Of a DNA stretch of 64,000 nt, positions 31,181-43,779 are shown one piece after another. The notes beneath the pieces were generated by a model. It saw nothing but the letters and a program-made list of their open reading frames with translations. It searched no databases and was not told the origin of the DNA. The DNA is taken from sequence record NC_054908.1. One strand, 5' to 3'. The stretch is from Escherichia phage vB_EcoM_DalCa. The position numbers and the translations under genes were made by a program. Within the stretch, counting starts at the first letter, position 1. Each line of letters begins with the position of its first letter.

Positions 31181-31407
31181 TTATTTTTCTCAACCAATGA
31201 TTGAATATAATCATGCAGGTCTTTAGATGCTTTACCCCACTTATTTTGATATTCATTTTTGAGATTAGCGCGTGATTGAGCTAATAAAACATCATTAGTT
31301 GGAGGTAAAGATTCTAATCGTTGAATCTGTCGTCCATAAATCATTGCAGCCATCTCGGATTCATAAATTAATCCTTTTAGATGTTCAAATTGATACCATG
31401 AAATCAT
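31177..31407 (-). CDS. hypothetical protein
   Basis: 76-aa ORF. Confidence 0.6.
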
Positions 31408-31703
31408 TTACATTTATCCTCTTTTAGCTCTTGACGATAATAACATATCATAGTTTTCTGGTCATGTACATATCGTTTTACATCATTAAGCCAAATACGA
31501 AATTCCTGAGAATCTTCAAATGGCATACCTACCCAAGCTTTACCATCAATAACTTTAACTTGCCAAGATAGTTTAGCTTCGTCATATGACTTTATTTGTA
31601 CAGGCCAATTAGGATGAACTGTTTCTTTCTTTACTTCTAGAGGCTTTGTCGAACAACCAGCTAGAAGACCAATAGATAATATTACTGCTGATAGTTTAAT
31701 CAT
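31404..31703 (-). CDS. o-spanin (outer-membrane lipoprotein; T4 pseT.2-type)
   Basis: 99-aa ORF with signal peptide and lipobox LLAG-C; directly follows a TMD plus coiled-coil ORF. Confidence 0.7.
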   Translation of the reverse strand: MIKLSAVILSIGLLAGCSTKPLEVKKETVHPNWPVQIKSYDEAKLSWQVKVIDGKAWVGMPFEDSQEFRIWLNDVKRYVHDQKTMICYYRQELKEDKCK

Positions 31704-32053
31704 TTAGAAAGGTCCTGGATGTCTTCTGCGAACTTGTTGAAGGAGTTGTTGATTTGTTTTTCAACCAATCCTGGCTTATGAGCCACCACATCCGCCTTCT
31801 TTGCGTCTTTGCGCAGCTTTTCATTTTCACGCTCAATAGCAGCAATCGCCTCACGATTTTTATTATTCATCGCATCAATATAATTATACTGAATTCGCAA
31901 ATTATTTAATGCTAAGGCGTTTTCATTGGCCGTTTTTGTAATTTCTACAACAGACGTTTCTAATCTTTCTACCTTATTTTTTAAAATAATAGATGTTCCG
32001 CCAAATGCTATTACAAGTAATAGCAATCCAGCTGTAAAATTACTTACATGCAT
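31700..32053 (-). CDS. i-spanin (inner-membrane anchored; T4 pseT.3-type)
   Basis: 117-aa ORF with N-terminal TMD (AGLLLLVIAFGGTSIIL) then charged coiled-coil-like region; 4-nt overlap with the downstream lipoprotein ORF. Confidence 0.7.
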   Translation of the reverse strand: MHVSNFTAGLLLLVIAFGGTSIILKNKVERLETSVVEITKTANENALALNNLRIQYNYIDAMNNKNREAIAAIERENEKLRKDAKKADVVAHKPGLVEKQINNSFNKFAEDIQDLSK

Positions 32054-32550
32054 AAAGTTTTAATAACCTCTATAATATCGTCTTGAGAAAGACCGTTAAT
32101 TAAAATATGATGTTCAGCTGGAGATTTAGAAATTTTAAAGCATGCCGCAACATCTTCTGCCATATCCGATGCGCTACGATTTGGATTACTAATTCCAAGA
32201 CGATGTTTTCCCGTCAAAGGATTAACGATGATGTAGCATTTGCAATTATTGATATGAACATTAGGTTGAGTCTGATTAATAAACACTTCACAATCATATT
32301 TCGCAAGCTGATTTTCTAAAAAGACTTTCATCTCCTCAACCGCATCAGGAAGCATATCACGGGCTTGCTCAAGACGACGATTTCGATATTCTTTAATGGT
32401 CGTTTTCCGCTTGACTTGCTTAGCTAAATCTTTCTTAAGATCGGTGATATATCCAACTCGACGATTTCCTTTAAATACAGAAATCCCATCTGTAGTATCA
32501 CCGTATGCTTCAACGACCATTTCAGTAGTAATAAGCTGTAAATCCATCAT
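32044..32550 (-). CDS. alc: Alc, inhibitor of host transcription elongation
   Basis: 168-aa ORF at the T4 alc position and length. Confidence 0.7.
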   Translation of the reverse strand: MMDLQLITTEMVVEAYGDTTDGISVFKGNRRVGYITDLKKDLAKQVKRKTTIKEYRNRRLEQARDMLPDAVEEMKVFLENQLAKYDCEVFINQTQPNVHINNCKCYIIVNPLTGKHRLGISNPNRSASDMAEDVAACFKISKSPAEHHILINGLSQDDIIEVIKTLCM

Positions 32551-32611
32551 AAAGTCCTCATGTTATGTCAGTAAGTCTACTATAACACAACACGAGGGGT
32601 TTGTAAACAGC

Positions 32612-34199
<1,588 letters not shown>

Positions 34200-34226
34200 A
34201 ATAAAATGGGCCTTGCGGCCCACTCC

Positions 34227-35405
34227 TTAAAAGTATTTTTTAAAACTCATCATAACTTTATCATCAACATCATTATCAATCTGTGCAACAAGATAAGATG
34301 ACAGTTCTACTTCTTGCGGCGCGGATTGAACATTATCAGAATTAAGGTATTCACGAATCCAAGGATATGGATGTTTAACCGGAGCATCGGTAATCGGGCA
34401 TGGAAGACCACACTGTTTCATACGAGATACAGTTAAGTAATCAATAAAGCTCCACATGCTATTTGTATTTAATCCAGGAACATCGCCATCTTTAAATAAA
34501 TGAACTGCCCAATCTTTTTCTTGGCGGTTAACTTCCATGAAAATATCAACTGCTTCTTGTTCACACTCTTGAGCAATTTTAACCCATTGATCGCCATCAG
34601 TACCAGATTGAAGTTGACGAATAATATATTGTGTACCTTTAAGATGAAGCTGCTCATCACGTGCAATGAACTTCATAATCTTGGCATTACCTTCCATGAT
34701 TTCCATGTTTTTATGGAAGTTAAAGGTACACGCAAAGGATACATAAAAACGAATAGCTTCCAGAGCATTGATAACGTGCAGACAGAGATAAAGCGACTTC
34801 ATCAGGTCTCGTTTACATTCTTCCAAATGAGTGAGACTGTTTGAATATGCTTCTAAATCATATTCATTTTCAGCAAAATAACTAAAGTTTTCTTTGGCGT
34901 TTTCCCAAATACGTGTCTTGTCCAGAACATCATCATAATAACGACCAATAGATTCAGCACGTTTCATGATAGCTTTATCTAATACAATCTCATCAAATAC
35001 CTTTGACGGATCAGTATAAAGATTTCGCATAATATGAGTGTATGAACGACTGTGAATAGTTTCACTAAAAGTCCATGTAGCAACCCATGTATCAAGGCTT
35101 GGGTCTGAAATCAATGACATAAGTACAGCAGACGGTGCACGACCCTGAATGCTATCCAGAAGTGATTGATACTTCAGATTATTAGTAAAAATATTCTGCT
35201 GATATTGAGGAAGCTTATTAAACTGTGCAGCATCCATCATTAAGTTTACTTCTTCAGGACGCCAGAAAAATGACAACTGCTTTTCGGTTAAATCTTCAAA
35301 AACTTTATGACGTTGAATATCATAACGCGCAATACCAAGACCTGAACCAAAAAACATAGGTTCTTTTAAAACATCAACTGGATTTGTATTAAAAACTGTG
35401 CTCAT
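34227..35405 (-). CDS. nrdB: ribonucleotide reductase small subunit NrdB, uninterrupted
   Basis: 392-aa continuous ORF. Confidence 0.92.
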   Translation of the reverse strand: MSTVFNTNPVDVLKEPMFFGSGLGIARYDIQRHKVFEDLTEKQLSFFWRPEEVNLMMDAAQFNKLPQYQQNIFTNNLKYQSLLDSIQGRAPSAVLMSLISDPSLDTWVATWTFSETIHSRSYTHIMRNLYTDPSKVFDEIVLDKAIMKRAESIGRYYDDVLDKTRIWENAKENFSYFAENEYDLEAYSNSLTHLEECKRDLMKSLYLCLHVINALEAIRFYVSFACTFNFHKNMEIMEGNAKIMKFIARDEQLHLKGTQYIIRQLQSGTDGDQWVKIAQECEQEAVDIFMEVNRQEKDWAVHLFKDGDVPGLNTNSMWSFIDYLTVSRMKQCGLPCPITDAPVKHPYPWIREYLNSDNVQSAPQEVELSSYLVAQIDNDVDDKVMMSFKKYF

Positions 35406-35456
35406 AAATTTTCCGCTTAGTTAATAGTTGGTGACTCGTCCGTGAGTCAAATTATA

Positions 35457-37721
35457 TCATAATTTACAGGATGAACAATCTTCAGCTTTTGGAGTTTCTA
35501 TTTCATAATCATCAGTACCAGAACCGTCACGGGTATTATGATAATAGAAATTTTTTCCGCCAAAATACCAGAAATACAAAAGGTCATCAATCATTATTGA
35601 CATTGGAACCTTGCCTTTAGGGAAGATTTGGGGGTCATAGTATGTATTCGCCGAAGCTGATTGACAAACCCATTTCAGCATAATAGCTACCTGCGTAAGA
35701 TAAGGTTTATTACCTTTCTTAGCTAATTTCCATGTATAATCATAAAGGTCTATGTTATGCTCAATATTGGGCACGACTTGATTAAAGGAGCCCTCTTTTG
35801 ATTCTTTAACAGAGACTGGTCCACGTGGAGGCTCGATACCGTTTGTACTGTTAGAAACTTGGGAAGATGACTCACATGGCATAAGTGCTGATAGTGTGCT
35901 ATTACGGATGCCAAAGAGCTTAAGGTCTTCCCGCAGCGACGACCAGTCACAAACGTATTTTGGAGCTGCGATTTGGTCAATCTTTTTATTGTACCAGTCG
36001 ATAGGTAATTCGCCTCGAGACCAACGAGTGTCTGAATAATATTCACAAGGTCCTTTTTCTTTGGCGAGTTTAATGGATGCTTTAATAAGTCCATACTGTA
36101 ATCTCTCAAATAGTTCATGTGTTAAATCGTTAGCATCTTCATAAGAAGCAAAGTTACTTGCCAACCAAGCTGCATAGTTAGTAACACCTACACCGAGGTT
36201 ACGACGCTTTTTAGCTTTTTCTGCTTCAGGAACTGGATATCCTTGGTAATCCAAAAGATTATCAAGAGCACGAACCTGGACTTCTGCCAATTCATTAATT
36301 TTATCTTGGTCTTGCCAGTCAAAATTATCCAGTACGAATGCAGAGAGAGTACACAATCCAATTTCAGCATCAGGACTATTCACATCATTTGTTGGAATAG
36401 CAATTTCACAGCACAAGTTACTCTGACGAATAGGTGCCTTTTCACGAATAAACGGAGTATAGTTATTCGTATTATCAATGAACTGTACATAAATCCTTGC
36501 TGTTCCTGAACGTTCAGTCATGAGCAATTCAAATAGTTCACGGGCTTTAATACGCTTTTTACGAATATTAGGGTCTTTTTCTGCTGCTTCGTATAATTCA
36601 CGGAAACGGTCTTGGTCTTTAAAATAAGAATAATACAGCTCTCCACCCATTTCATGTGGACTGAACAAAGTAATGTAATCGTTCTTTCCGAATCGTTCCA
36701 TCATCAAATCATTCAGTTGAACACCATAATCCATATGACGAATGCGGTTTTCTTCTACGCCTTTGTTATTTTTCAAAACGAGAAGATTTTCAACTTCCAA
36801 ATGCCAAATAGGATAATAAGCAGTAGCAGCGCCGCCACGAATTCCGCCCTGTGAGCATGATTTAACAGCAGTCTGAAAATGTTTCCAAAAAGGAATAACA
36901 CCAGTATGACGCACTTCACCCATGCCAATCTTAGAACCTTCGGCACGAATCATACCAACGTTAATACCAATTCCAGCACGTTTGGAGATATATTCAACAA
37001 TTGAAGCAGAAGCCTTATTAATAGACTTTAATGAATCACCTGCCTCAATAACAACGCATGAACTAAACTGCCGAGTTGGAGTACGGCAACCAGCCATAAT
37101 AGGAGTTGGTAATGAAATCTGTCGAGTAGATACTGCTTCATAAAAACGAATAACATGTTTTAATCTATCAACAGGTTCATCTTGATGCAATGCCATTCCA
37201 ATAGTCATAAATGCAAACTGAGGAGTTTCATAAATTTGACCAGTGGTTTTATCTTTAACTAGATATTTTTCTTTTAATTGCATCGCCCCGGAATAAGTAA
37301 ATTCCATATCCCGTTCGTGCTTAATTTTTGATTCTAAAAATGTAATTTCTTCTGCTGAATATTTTGACAACAATTCAGGGTCATATTTACCTTCATTTAC
37401 ACAGTAAGAAATATGGTCAATAAATGAACGTGGTTCATACTGCCCATAAACATGCTTACGAAGAGCGAACATTAGACAACGTGCAGCTACATATTGATAA
37501 TCAGGCTCTTCAACCGAAATAGAATTCGCAGCGGCCTTAATGACAATAGTCTGAATATCATCAGTTGTCATTCCATCACGGAGATAAGATTTAATATTTT
37601 CATATAATTCATAAGGATCTACTGATGTTCCCTCAGCTGCCCAAGATAAAACTTTAATAATTTTTTGTGGGTCAAAGCTCTGAGAAACACCACTACTTTT
37701 GATAACATTAATTAATTGCAT
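35457..37721 (-). CDS. nrdA: ribonucleotide reductase large subunit NrdA
   Basis: 754-aa ORF; active-site NLCCEI; recognised as T4 NrdA. Confidence 0.95.
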   Translation of the reverse strand: MQLINVIKSSGVSQSFDPQKIIKVLSWAAEGTSVDPYELYENIKSYLRDGMTTDDIQTIVIKAAANSISVEEPDYQYVAARCLMFALRKHVYGQYEPRSFIDHISYCVNEGKYDPELLSKYSAEEITFLESKIKHERDMEFTYSGAMQLKEKYLVKDKTTGQIYETPQFAFMTIGMALHQDEPVDRLKHVIRFYEAVSTRQISLPTPIMAGCRTPTRQFSSCVVIEAGDSLKSINKASASIVEYISKRAGIGINVGMIRAEGSKIGMGEVRHTGVIPFWKHFQTAVKSCSQGGIRGGAATAYYPIWHLEVENLLVLKNNKGVEENRIRHMDYGVQLNDLMMERFGKNDYITLFSPHEMGGELYYSYFKDQDRFRELYEAAEKDPNIRKKRIKARELFELLMTERSGTARIYVQFIDNTNNYTPFIREKAPIRQSNLCCEIAIPTNDVNSPDAEIGLCTLSAFVLDNFDWQDQDKINELAEVQVRALDNLLDYQGYPVPEAEKAKKRRNLGVGVTNYAAWLASNFASYEDANDLTHELFERLQYGLIKASIKLAKEKGPCEYYSDTRWSRGELPIDWYNKKIDQIAAPKYVCDWSSLREDLKLFGIRNSTLSALMPCESSSQVSNSTNGIEPPRGPVSVKESKEGSFNQVVPNIEHNIDLYDYTWKLAKKGNKPYLTQVAIMLKWVCQSASANTYYDPQIFPKGKVPMSIMIDDLLYFWYFGGKNFYYHNTRDGSGTDDYEIETPKAEDCSSCKL

Positions 37722-38038
37722 AAGTCCTCAACTTGAAAATCGTCTTTAAACAATCGGTTAACTATATGAGCTATTATATCACCATGACACGGCTTTGGTT
37801 TACATGTGCATCCTAGCCTCATTCCACGTAAAGGCTCTAAATGTGCTTTAGTTATTTCTCCGGATTTAATTCGACGTATAAAATCTTTTTTGAATAATTC
37901 AATGGCAACCTCCCGGCTGCCAGCATCTTTACCGACGTAATTTCCCCAAAATGTACCACGGTGAATATTAACATCAAAGTCGGATTTGTATTTATTCACT
38001 ACCCGACATAGACGGCCCGCGCGGTGATAATTCGGCAT
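37712..38038 (-). CDS. hypothetical Cys/His-containing protein (nrdA.1 position)
   Basis: 108-aa ORF; [11 protein letters not shown] motif. Confidence 0.65.
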   Translation of the reverse strand: MPNYHRAGRLCRVVNKYKSDFDVNIHRGTFWGNYVGKDAGSREVAIELFKKDFIRRIKSGEITKAHLEPLRGMRLGCTCKPKPCHGDIIAHIVNRLFKDDFQVEDLCN

Positions 38039-38255
38039 ATTGTTTTTCCGTTAAAACAGTAATATCGTAGTAACAGTCAGAAGAAGTTTTAACTGTGGAA
38101 ATTTTATTATCAAAATACTCACGAGTCATTTTATGAGTATAATATTTTTTGCCATAAATGATAATAGGCTGATTTGGTCCTGGAACTTCTAGCTCACTTG
38201 GATTAGGAAGTGTAAAAAGAACAACGTCAGAAGTATCTTTAAATCGTAAAATCAT
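37992..38255 (-). CDS. hypothetical protein (nrdA.2 position)
   Basis: 87-aa ORF. Confidence 0.6.
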   Translation of the reverse strand: MILRFKDTSDVVLFTLPNPSELEVPGPNQPIIIYGKKYYTHKMTREYFDNKISTVKTSSDCYYDITVLTEKQYAELSPRGPSMSGSE

Positions 38256-39112
38256 ATTGCCATTTTCCCTTTAATTGCTGGATGCGATTCATAATTTTCA
38301 AGGATAAAATCTTTCGGTTTCATGTATTCAGTTAACCAGTAAAGCTGTGTTTCGGTGTCACAATTTCCAAACTCTATAGGCCAATCAATTTTAAGTTCAC
38401 ATAGTTCTTTAGGCTCACGACGTAAAATTTCTTTACATTGCTCAGTATGATTCATATAGATGTGAGTATTACCACCAGAAAATATCAAATCTCCTGGGAT
38501 AAGATTACACATCTTAGCCACAATATGCGTCAAGGCAGCGTACGAGGCAATGTTGAATGGCAATCCCAAGAAAACATCTACACTTCTTTGGTACCATTGT
38601 AAATCAAGATAACCATTACGCACATTAAACTGATAGAACATATGACAGGGCGGTAATGCCATTTGATTGATTTCAGCTGGATTCCATGCTGAAACGATTT
38701 GACGTCGATCAGTTGGTAATTTTTTAATACGATCAATAGTTTCAACTAATTGATCCACACCGCCGAAATCACGCCATTGTTTACCGTATATAGGACCAAG
38801 TTCACCACTATGATATCCTAGGTCTTTAGCCTGGTTTTCATAGTTATCGTCCCAAATAGTTTTACCTTGAATAAGACTACCATGTGTGCGAAGACGTAAA
38901 TCATTAACATTGGTAGAACCGGAAATAAACCATAGAAGCTCAGCAATGCATGCATTCCACGCAAGCTTCTTAGTTGTTACCGCAGGAAAACCTTTAGTTA
39001 AATCCCAACGTAATTTAGTACCGAACAAAGCAATTGTTCCTGTGCCTGTTCGGTCATCGGTTTCATAGCCATTTTCAAAAATGTCTTTAATTAAATCTTG
39101 GTATTGTTTCAT
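38252..39112 (-). CDS. td: thymidylate synthase, uninterrupted
   Basis: 286-aa continuous ORF; active-site region ALPPCH. Confidence 0.93.
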   Translation of the reverse strand: MKQYQDLIKDIFENGYETDDRTGTGTIALFGTKLRWDLTKGFPAVTTKKLAWNACIAELLWFISGSTNVNDLRLRTHGSLIQGKTIWDDNYENQAKDLGYHSGELGPIYGKQWRDFGGVDQLVETIDRIKKLPTDRRQIVSAWNPAEINQMALPPCHMFYQFNVRNGYLDLQWYQRSVDVFLGLPFNIASYAALTHIVAKMCNLIPGDLIFSGGNTHIYMNHTEQCKEILRREPKELCELKIDWPIEFGNCDTETQLYWLTEYMKPKDFILENYESHPAIKGKMAI

Positions 39113-39157
39113 TTAGTACCTTATATAAATTATAATACATTTTATGAAGCTAAATAA

Positions 39158-39505
39158 TCAATACGGTTTAGCATCAAATTTTCTCTCAATTTCAGGCGTG
39201 AAATATAATTCTTTACCGCGTTTGGAAAAGCGACCAATAATATGATAATTATTCTCATCAAACGTGATATTACCAATATCCATAGCTTTCAACCAAATAT
39301 CGATATTTCTATCCAGCTTTATGTCAAAATTCCAATACGGTGAACTATTACCGAAAATACTGCAAGCGGATTCAGTGAAACAACTGCTATAAATCTTGTC
39401 TTTAGGAACTACTAATTGATAGACACCTTTAATAAACTGAGGACCCTGCCACTTTGGCTGTTTCGTGTCTTTTTCTAATAGAATAGGGTAATAATTAAAA
39501 TTCAT
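39158..39505 (-). CDS. hypothetical protein inserted between frd and td
   Basis: 115-aa ORF, no recognised motif. Confidence 0.6.
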   Translation of the reverse strand: MNFNYYPILLEKDTKQPKWQGPQFIKGVYQLVVPKDKIYSSCFTESACSIFGNSSPYWNFDIKLDRNIDIWLKAMDIGNITFDENNYHIIGRFSKRGKELYFTPEIERKFDAKPY

Positions 39506-39524
39506 ATTTCCGCCACGTGTTATT

Positions 39525-40354
<830 letters not shown>

Positions 40355-40364
40355 ATTATTTTCC

Positions 40365-40607
40365 TTAAACAGACTTTTTCACAATTTTCCAATCAGCTTT
40401 AAACTGCTCGACGTCAGAATGGTAAATCCAGAATCCTGCGCTTTCACCGTCTTCATAAAGCGGACACCCATCACATTCATCTTCCCATCCCATGCCACGT
40501 AAAAGGTGTTCAGCTTTTTCAACAAGTTCAGAATCTTTACCGATGATATTAAAATACCATTTACCTCTAACTTCTGAATCTTTGATGCTCTGGCGTTGTA
40601 ATCTCAT
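40365..40607 (-). CDS. hypothetical protein (frd.2 position)
   Basis: 80-aa ORF. Confidence 0.6.
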   Translation of the reverse strand: MRLQRQSIKDSEVRGKWYFNIIGKDSELVEKAEHLLRGMGWEDECDGCPLYEDGESAGFWIYHSDVEQFKADWKIVKKSV

Positions 40608-40745
40608 TTTATTCTCCTTAGCAAGCTTTAATCAAAAGATATAAACAGACCAACATAACTGCTGCCATAATATAAGGTGCGAACATTTTCTTTTCTCCAT
40701 TAGTTTTGATAGGGTAATAGTATCACACTACTACCCTTCTGTAAA

Positions 40746-41111
40746 CTACTTTTTGAAAGTTTTTCGCAAAAGTTCAATGATTTCATCTACATTGTTTTCG
40801 TCAACAATGCAGTGAATTTTTGTTACGCCAGAAACTTTGTCTTTGACTTCATCTTCTTCAGAAGTCGGTTCTTTATACTCACGAAAACAATGAAATTCGT
40901 CTTCACAAACGTTAAAGTAAAAATGCTTTCCATTTGCGCATTCAATGTGTTTTATTACTCTAAATCCATCAACAAAGAAAGCTTCTTTAACTTCAAACCA
41001 TCCGCCATTTTCTTGAATAATTTTAACTATTGCTGAATTAGAACGTGGGCGATAATTAATAAATGTATCAATAAGTCTTGGAACAAGTTCATACTTTTTA
41101 CCGATATACAT
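40746..41111 (-). CDS. hypothetical protein (frd.3 position)
   Basis: 121-aa ORF preceded by an early-type promoter at about 40705..40750. Confidence 0.6.
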   Translation of the reverse strand: MYIGKKYELVPRLIDTFINYRPRSNSAIVKIIQENGGWFEVKEAFFVDGFRVIKHIECANGKHFYFNVCEDEFHCFREYKEPTSEEDEVKDKVSGVTKIHCIVDENNVDEIIELLRKTFKK

Positions 41112-41155
41112 TATGTTTTCCTCATTTTAACGGGGCTGTAATAGCCCCTTGATAA

Positions 41156-41383
41156 TTATTGTTCAATCAATCCCATGTAAAATTCTGCGTCTTCAGAATC
41201 CATACCATCACAATATTCATTAGCCATAAAGCGGGTGAGGTCTTCAAGAGGACCTTCAATAACGATTTGAATACTCCAAAACTTAGAATCTTGCACGCTT
41301 GTGATACTAAGTTCAGGATAACGATTACGAATAATTTCTTCGATATATTCAAAATCAACGATGTCAATATCAACTTTAGCCAT
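41156..41383 (-). CDS. hypothetical acidic protein
   Basis: 75 aa from the internal Met with GAGGAAA Shine-Dalgarno; the longer track ORF runs into the promoter. Confidence 0.6.
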   Translation of the reverse strand: MAKVDIDIVDFEYIEEIIRNRYPELSITSVQDSKFWSIQIVIEGPLEDLTRFMANEYCDGMDSEDAEFYMGLIEQ

Positions 41384-41421
41384 ATTATTTTCCTCTTTAA
41401 TCATCAGCAGTATTGCCGATA

Positions 41422-41482
41422 GTTGTATAGTACCATGGAAGGACAAGGATGTAAACCGTTTTGTGAAAAAATTTTTGAAATA
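41422..41482 (-). promoter_or_regulatory. T4 early-type promoter (UP element, GTTTACA -35, -10 TACTATAC) for 41156..41383
   Basis: member of a near-identical ~65-bp repeat family (also 58270..58330 and 61914..61972). Confidence 0.65.
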
Positions 41483-41486
41483 AAAA

Positions 41487-41505
41487 GGGGACCTCTAGGG
41501 TCCCC
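41487..41505 (-). terminator. hairpin (GGGGACC-TCTAG-GGTCCCC) downstream of gene 32
   Basis: 7-bp GC stem directly after the gene 32 stop. Confidence 0.55.
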
Positions 41506-41527
41506 AATTAATTAGTAATATAATCTA

Positions 41528-42436
41528 TTAAAGGTCATTCAAAAGGTCATCTAGGTCCGTGTCATCAGCACTAGATGAACTGCCAGAGCTTGAGCTCATA
41601 AAATCATCTTCAGTTTTTGTATTGAAGTCATCAACATTGAATGCATCCAAATCATCAGCAACTTTATCAGCTTTCTTAGCAGCAGTTGCAGCAGCACCGC
41701 CCATCACAGCAGTTCCCATAACTTGACCGAATTTAGTGCTCAGTTCTTCAAACGATTTGAATTTATCTTTAGAAGTCATTTCAGAAAGGTCAACCATTTG
41801 TTCGAACAGTTCTTTCTGGAAAGATTCATCGTCAATGTTTGGAATCGCAGATTGATTCAGGAATTTAGATTCGTCGTAGTTACTAAATCCAGAAACCTGT
41901 TTAACTTTCAGTACAAAGTTAGCACCTTCCCACGGACAAGTTACATCAACCGGAGTTTCACCCATTTCAACATCAACTGCAATCATTGCGTTGATTTTAT
42001 CCCAGATTTTCTTACCGAAACGGTATTTAAATACTTTACCTTCATTTTCTGGAGCAGCTGGGTCTTTTACTACAAGAATGTTAGCCCAGTAAGAAGTTTT
42101 ACGTTTAACAAGACCGTACTCTTTATTGTCAGTGTTATACAAATCATTTTTACTGATGTACTGACATACTGGACAAGAATCGTAATCACCGTGGGTAGAT
42201 GAACAGTTTTCAATATACCATTTACCATTTTTCTTGAAACCGTGATTTACAAGAATTGCGAATGGTGCTTGTTCATCATTTTTAGACGGAAGAAAACGAA
42301 TTACTGCTTGACCGTTACCCGCATTGTCGAGTTTCAGTTTCCACTCGCCTTTATCTTCAGAAGAAAAACCACCTTTATTTCCAGCCAGTTTAGCCATTTG
42401 TGCAGCGAGTTCAGCAGTAGATTTACGTTTAAACAT
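41528..42436 (-). CDS. 32: gp32 single-stranded DNA-binding protein
   Basis: 302-aa ORF recognised as T4 gp32, including acidic Ser/Asp-rich C-terminus. Confidence 0.95.
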   Translation of the reverse strand: MFKRKSTAELAAQMAKLAGNKGGFSSEDKGEWKLKLDNAGNGQAVIRFLPSKNDEQAPFAILVNHGFKKNGKWYIENCSSTHGDYDSCPVCQYISKNDLYNTDNKEYGLVKRKTSYWANILVVKDPAAPENEGKVFKYRFGKKIWDKINAMIAVDVEMGETPVDVTCPWEGANFVLKVKQVSGFSNYDESKFLNQSAIPNIDDESFQKELFEQMVDLSEMTSKDKFKSFEELSTKFGQVMGTAVMGGAAATAAKKADKVADDLDAFNVDDFNTKTEDDFMSSSSGSSSSADDTDLDDLLNDL

Positions 42437-42535
42437 TTTTATTTCCTTTTTAATTTAATTAACAGTTGGTGCTATGACGATGTATGACCTCATAGCTGGT
42501 CAGTGAGGTAATTATAATCTATTTATAATAAGCAA

Positions 42536-43189
42536 TTAATACCTACAAGATTTCACAGTTTCAATGAAAACACTTTTAGCTTTCTGTGAATCAATATTTA
42601 AAATTTTTCTATAAGCCTTTAACTTTATAGAATAATTATTCCAGACTAAATTATCAGTCTGTTCATCATGTTTATCAATTATATTTAAAAACGAATCAAG
42701 CAAGATAAACGTTTCAAACGAAATTATATTCGATTGAAGTAGTTTAAAAATATAACTTGATTGAACTTTTGGATTATACTCAAAGATTTCTTTAAAAGCA
42801 GAAACTTCAACTTTTTTACTAAAATAATAAATGTTGCGAATATCTTCTTCAAACTTAAATTTAATTTGCTTTAAGCGTCCGATATATTCACGATAAAACA
42901 CAAGTGCATCAGCGTCAGAGATGTCACCAATCCAAGCATCTTGGTTAGCTACAAGATTGCTAATAAAAATTAAAGTTAATTCTTTTAATTTATACTTTTC
43001 TGATAGCTTTTGGAAAAAATACTTATCCCTTCGCTTTTGATAAGCGGCATCAGACACCCGCATGCACCAATTATACTTAATTACATCATACTTTCCATTC
43101 ATATGTTGTTTTATCATTAAGTATAATTTATAAACTGATTTACCATCAATGTATCTTTCACCACCAGCAGGCATGCGGAGTTTAATCAT
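42536..43189 (-). CDS. 59: gp59 helicase loader
   Basis: 217-aa ORF recognised as T4 gp59. Confidence 0.92.
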   Translation of the reverse strand: MIKLRMPAGGERYIDGKSVYKLYLMIKQHMNGKYDVIKYNWCMRVSDAAYQKRRDKYFFQKLSEKYKLKELTLIFISNLVANQDAWIGDISDADALVFYREYIGRLKQIKFKFEEDIRNIYYFSKKVEVSAFKEIFEYNPKVQSSYIFKLLQSNIISFETFILLDSFLNIIDKHDEQTDNLVWNNYSIKLKAYRKILNIDSQKAKSVFIETVKSCRY

Positions 43190-43524
43190 AGTAGAAAATC
43201 TAATGTATTAGTTTTTTCACAACGAACAACAGAAGGACGTAAAAGATTTTCGTCAATGGCTTCTGACTGAATTTTTTCAATTATACCCGAAGGAATAAAT
43301 TTAGCAAATTGAGTTTCAGGAATAGAGTTTTCTTCCAAGAATGCTGTCGTAGCTTCAAGATAACTCATTCCAAACTCTTCTACCATTTTTTCAATGATAA
43401 ATCCATTTTCTTGACGATCGAGAAGCTTTGCTATTTCATCCTTTTCTTTCTTAATTGAAAGTTCTTTTTCTGAAAGTCCGGTCTCATCGACCGGACGAAT
43501 ATCATTTAGAGAAAACTGTGTCAT
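43186..43524 (-). CDS. 33: gp33 late-transcription co-activator
   Basis: 112 aa from the internal Met; T4 gp33 length and position. Confidence 0.85.
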   Translation of the reverse strand: MTQFSLNDIRPVDETGLSEKELSIKKEKDEIAKLLDRQENGFIIEKMVEEFGMSYLEATTAFLEENSIPETQFAKFIPSGIIEKIQSEAIDENLLRPSVVRCEKTNTLDFLL

Positions 43525-43771
43525 AAAGTTCAACTACCTCTTCAGTTTCAGCTTCAAACACATCACGATTATCTTTATGATACAAAGCTAATAGACGATT
43601 AAACATCTTACCATCAACGCCAAGTTCATCTTTGGCACGAATTCGAATATCTTTAATCAGTTCATTATAACCGGAAATTTTCAGTTTATGATCAGATGCT
43701 TCTTTAATAAATTTAGCCAAGTCTTCGCCATGGATAGCTTCATCAAATTCAACCATTTCTTTTTTAGCCAT
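43502..43771 (-). CDS. dsbA: DsbA double-stranded DNA-binding protein
   Basis: 89-aa ORF overlapping gene 33 start as in T4. Confidence 0.85.
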   Translation of the reverse strand: MAKKEMVEFDEAIHGEDLAKFIKEASDHKLKISGYNELIKDIRIRAKDELGVDGKMFNRLLALYHKDNRDVFEAETEEVVELYDTVFSK

Positions 43772-43779
43772 TATTCACC

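Noticed and set aside
35750-37143. Multiple short ORFs on both strands inside nrdA
   Set aside because: All nested within the continuous 754-aa NrdA reading frame.
34227-39112. Group I introns or homing endonuclease ORFs in td or nrdB, as in T4
   Set aside because: Both genes translate as single uninterrupted ORFs of the expected length; no intervening sequence present.
41723-42487. Plus-strand ORFs (159 and 81 aa) antisense to gene 32
   Set aside because: Nested antisense in gp32; low-complexity Phe/Arg-rich translation.
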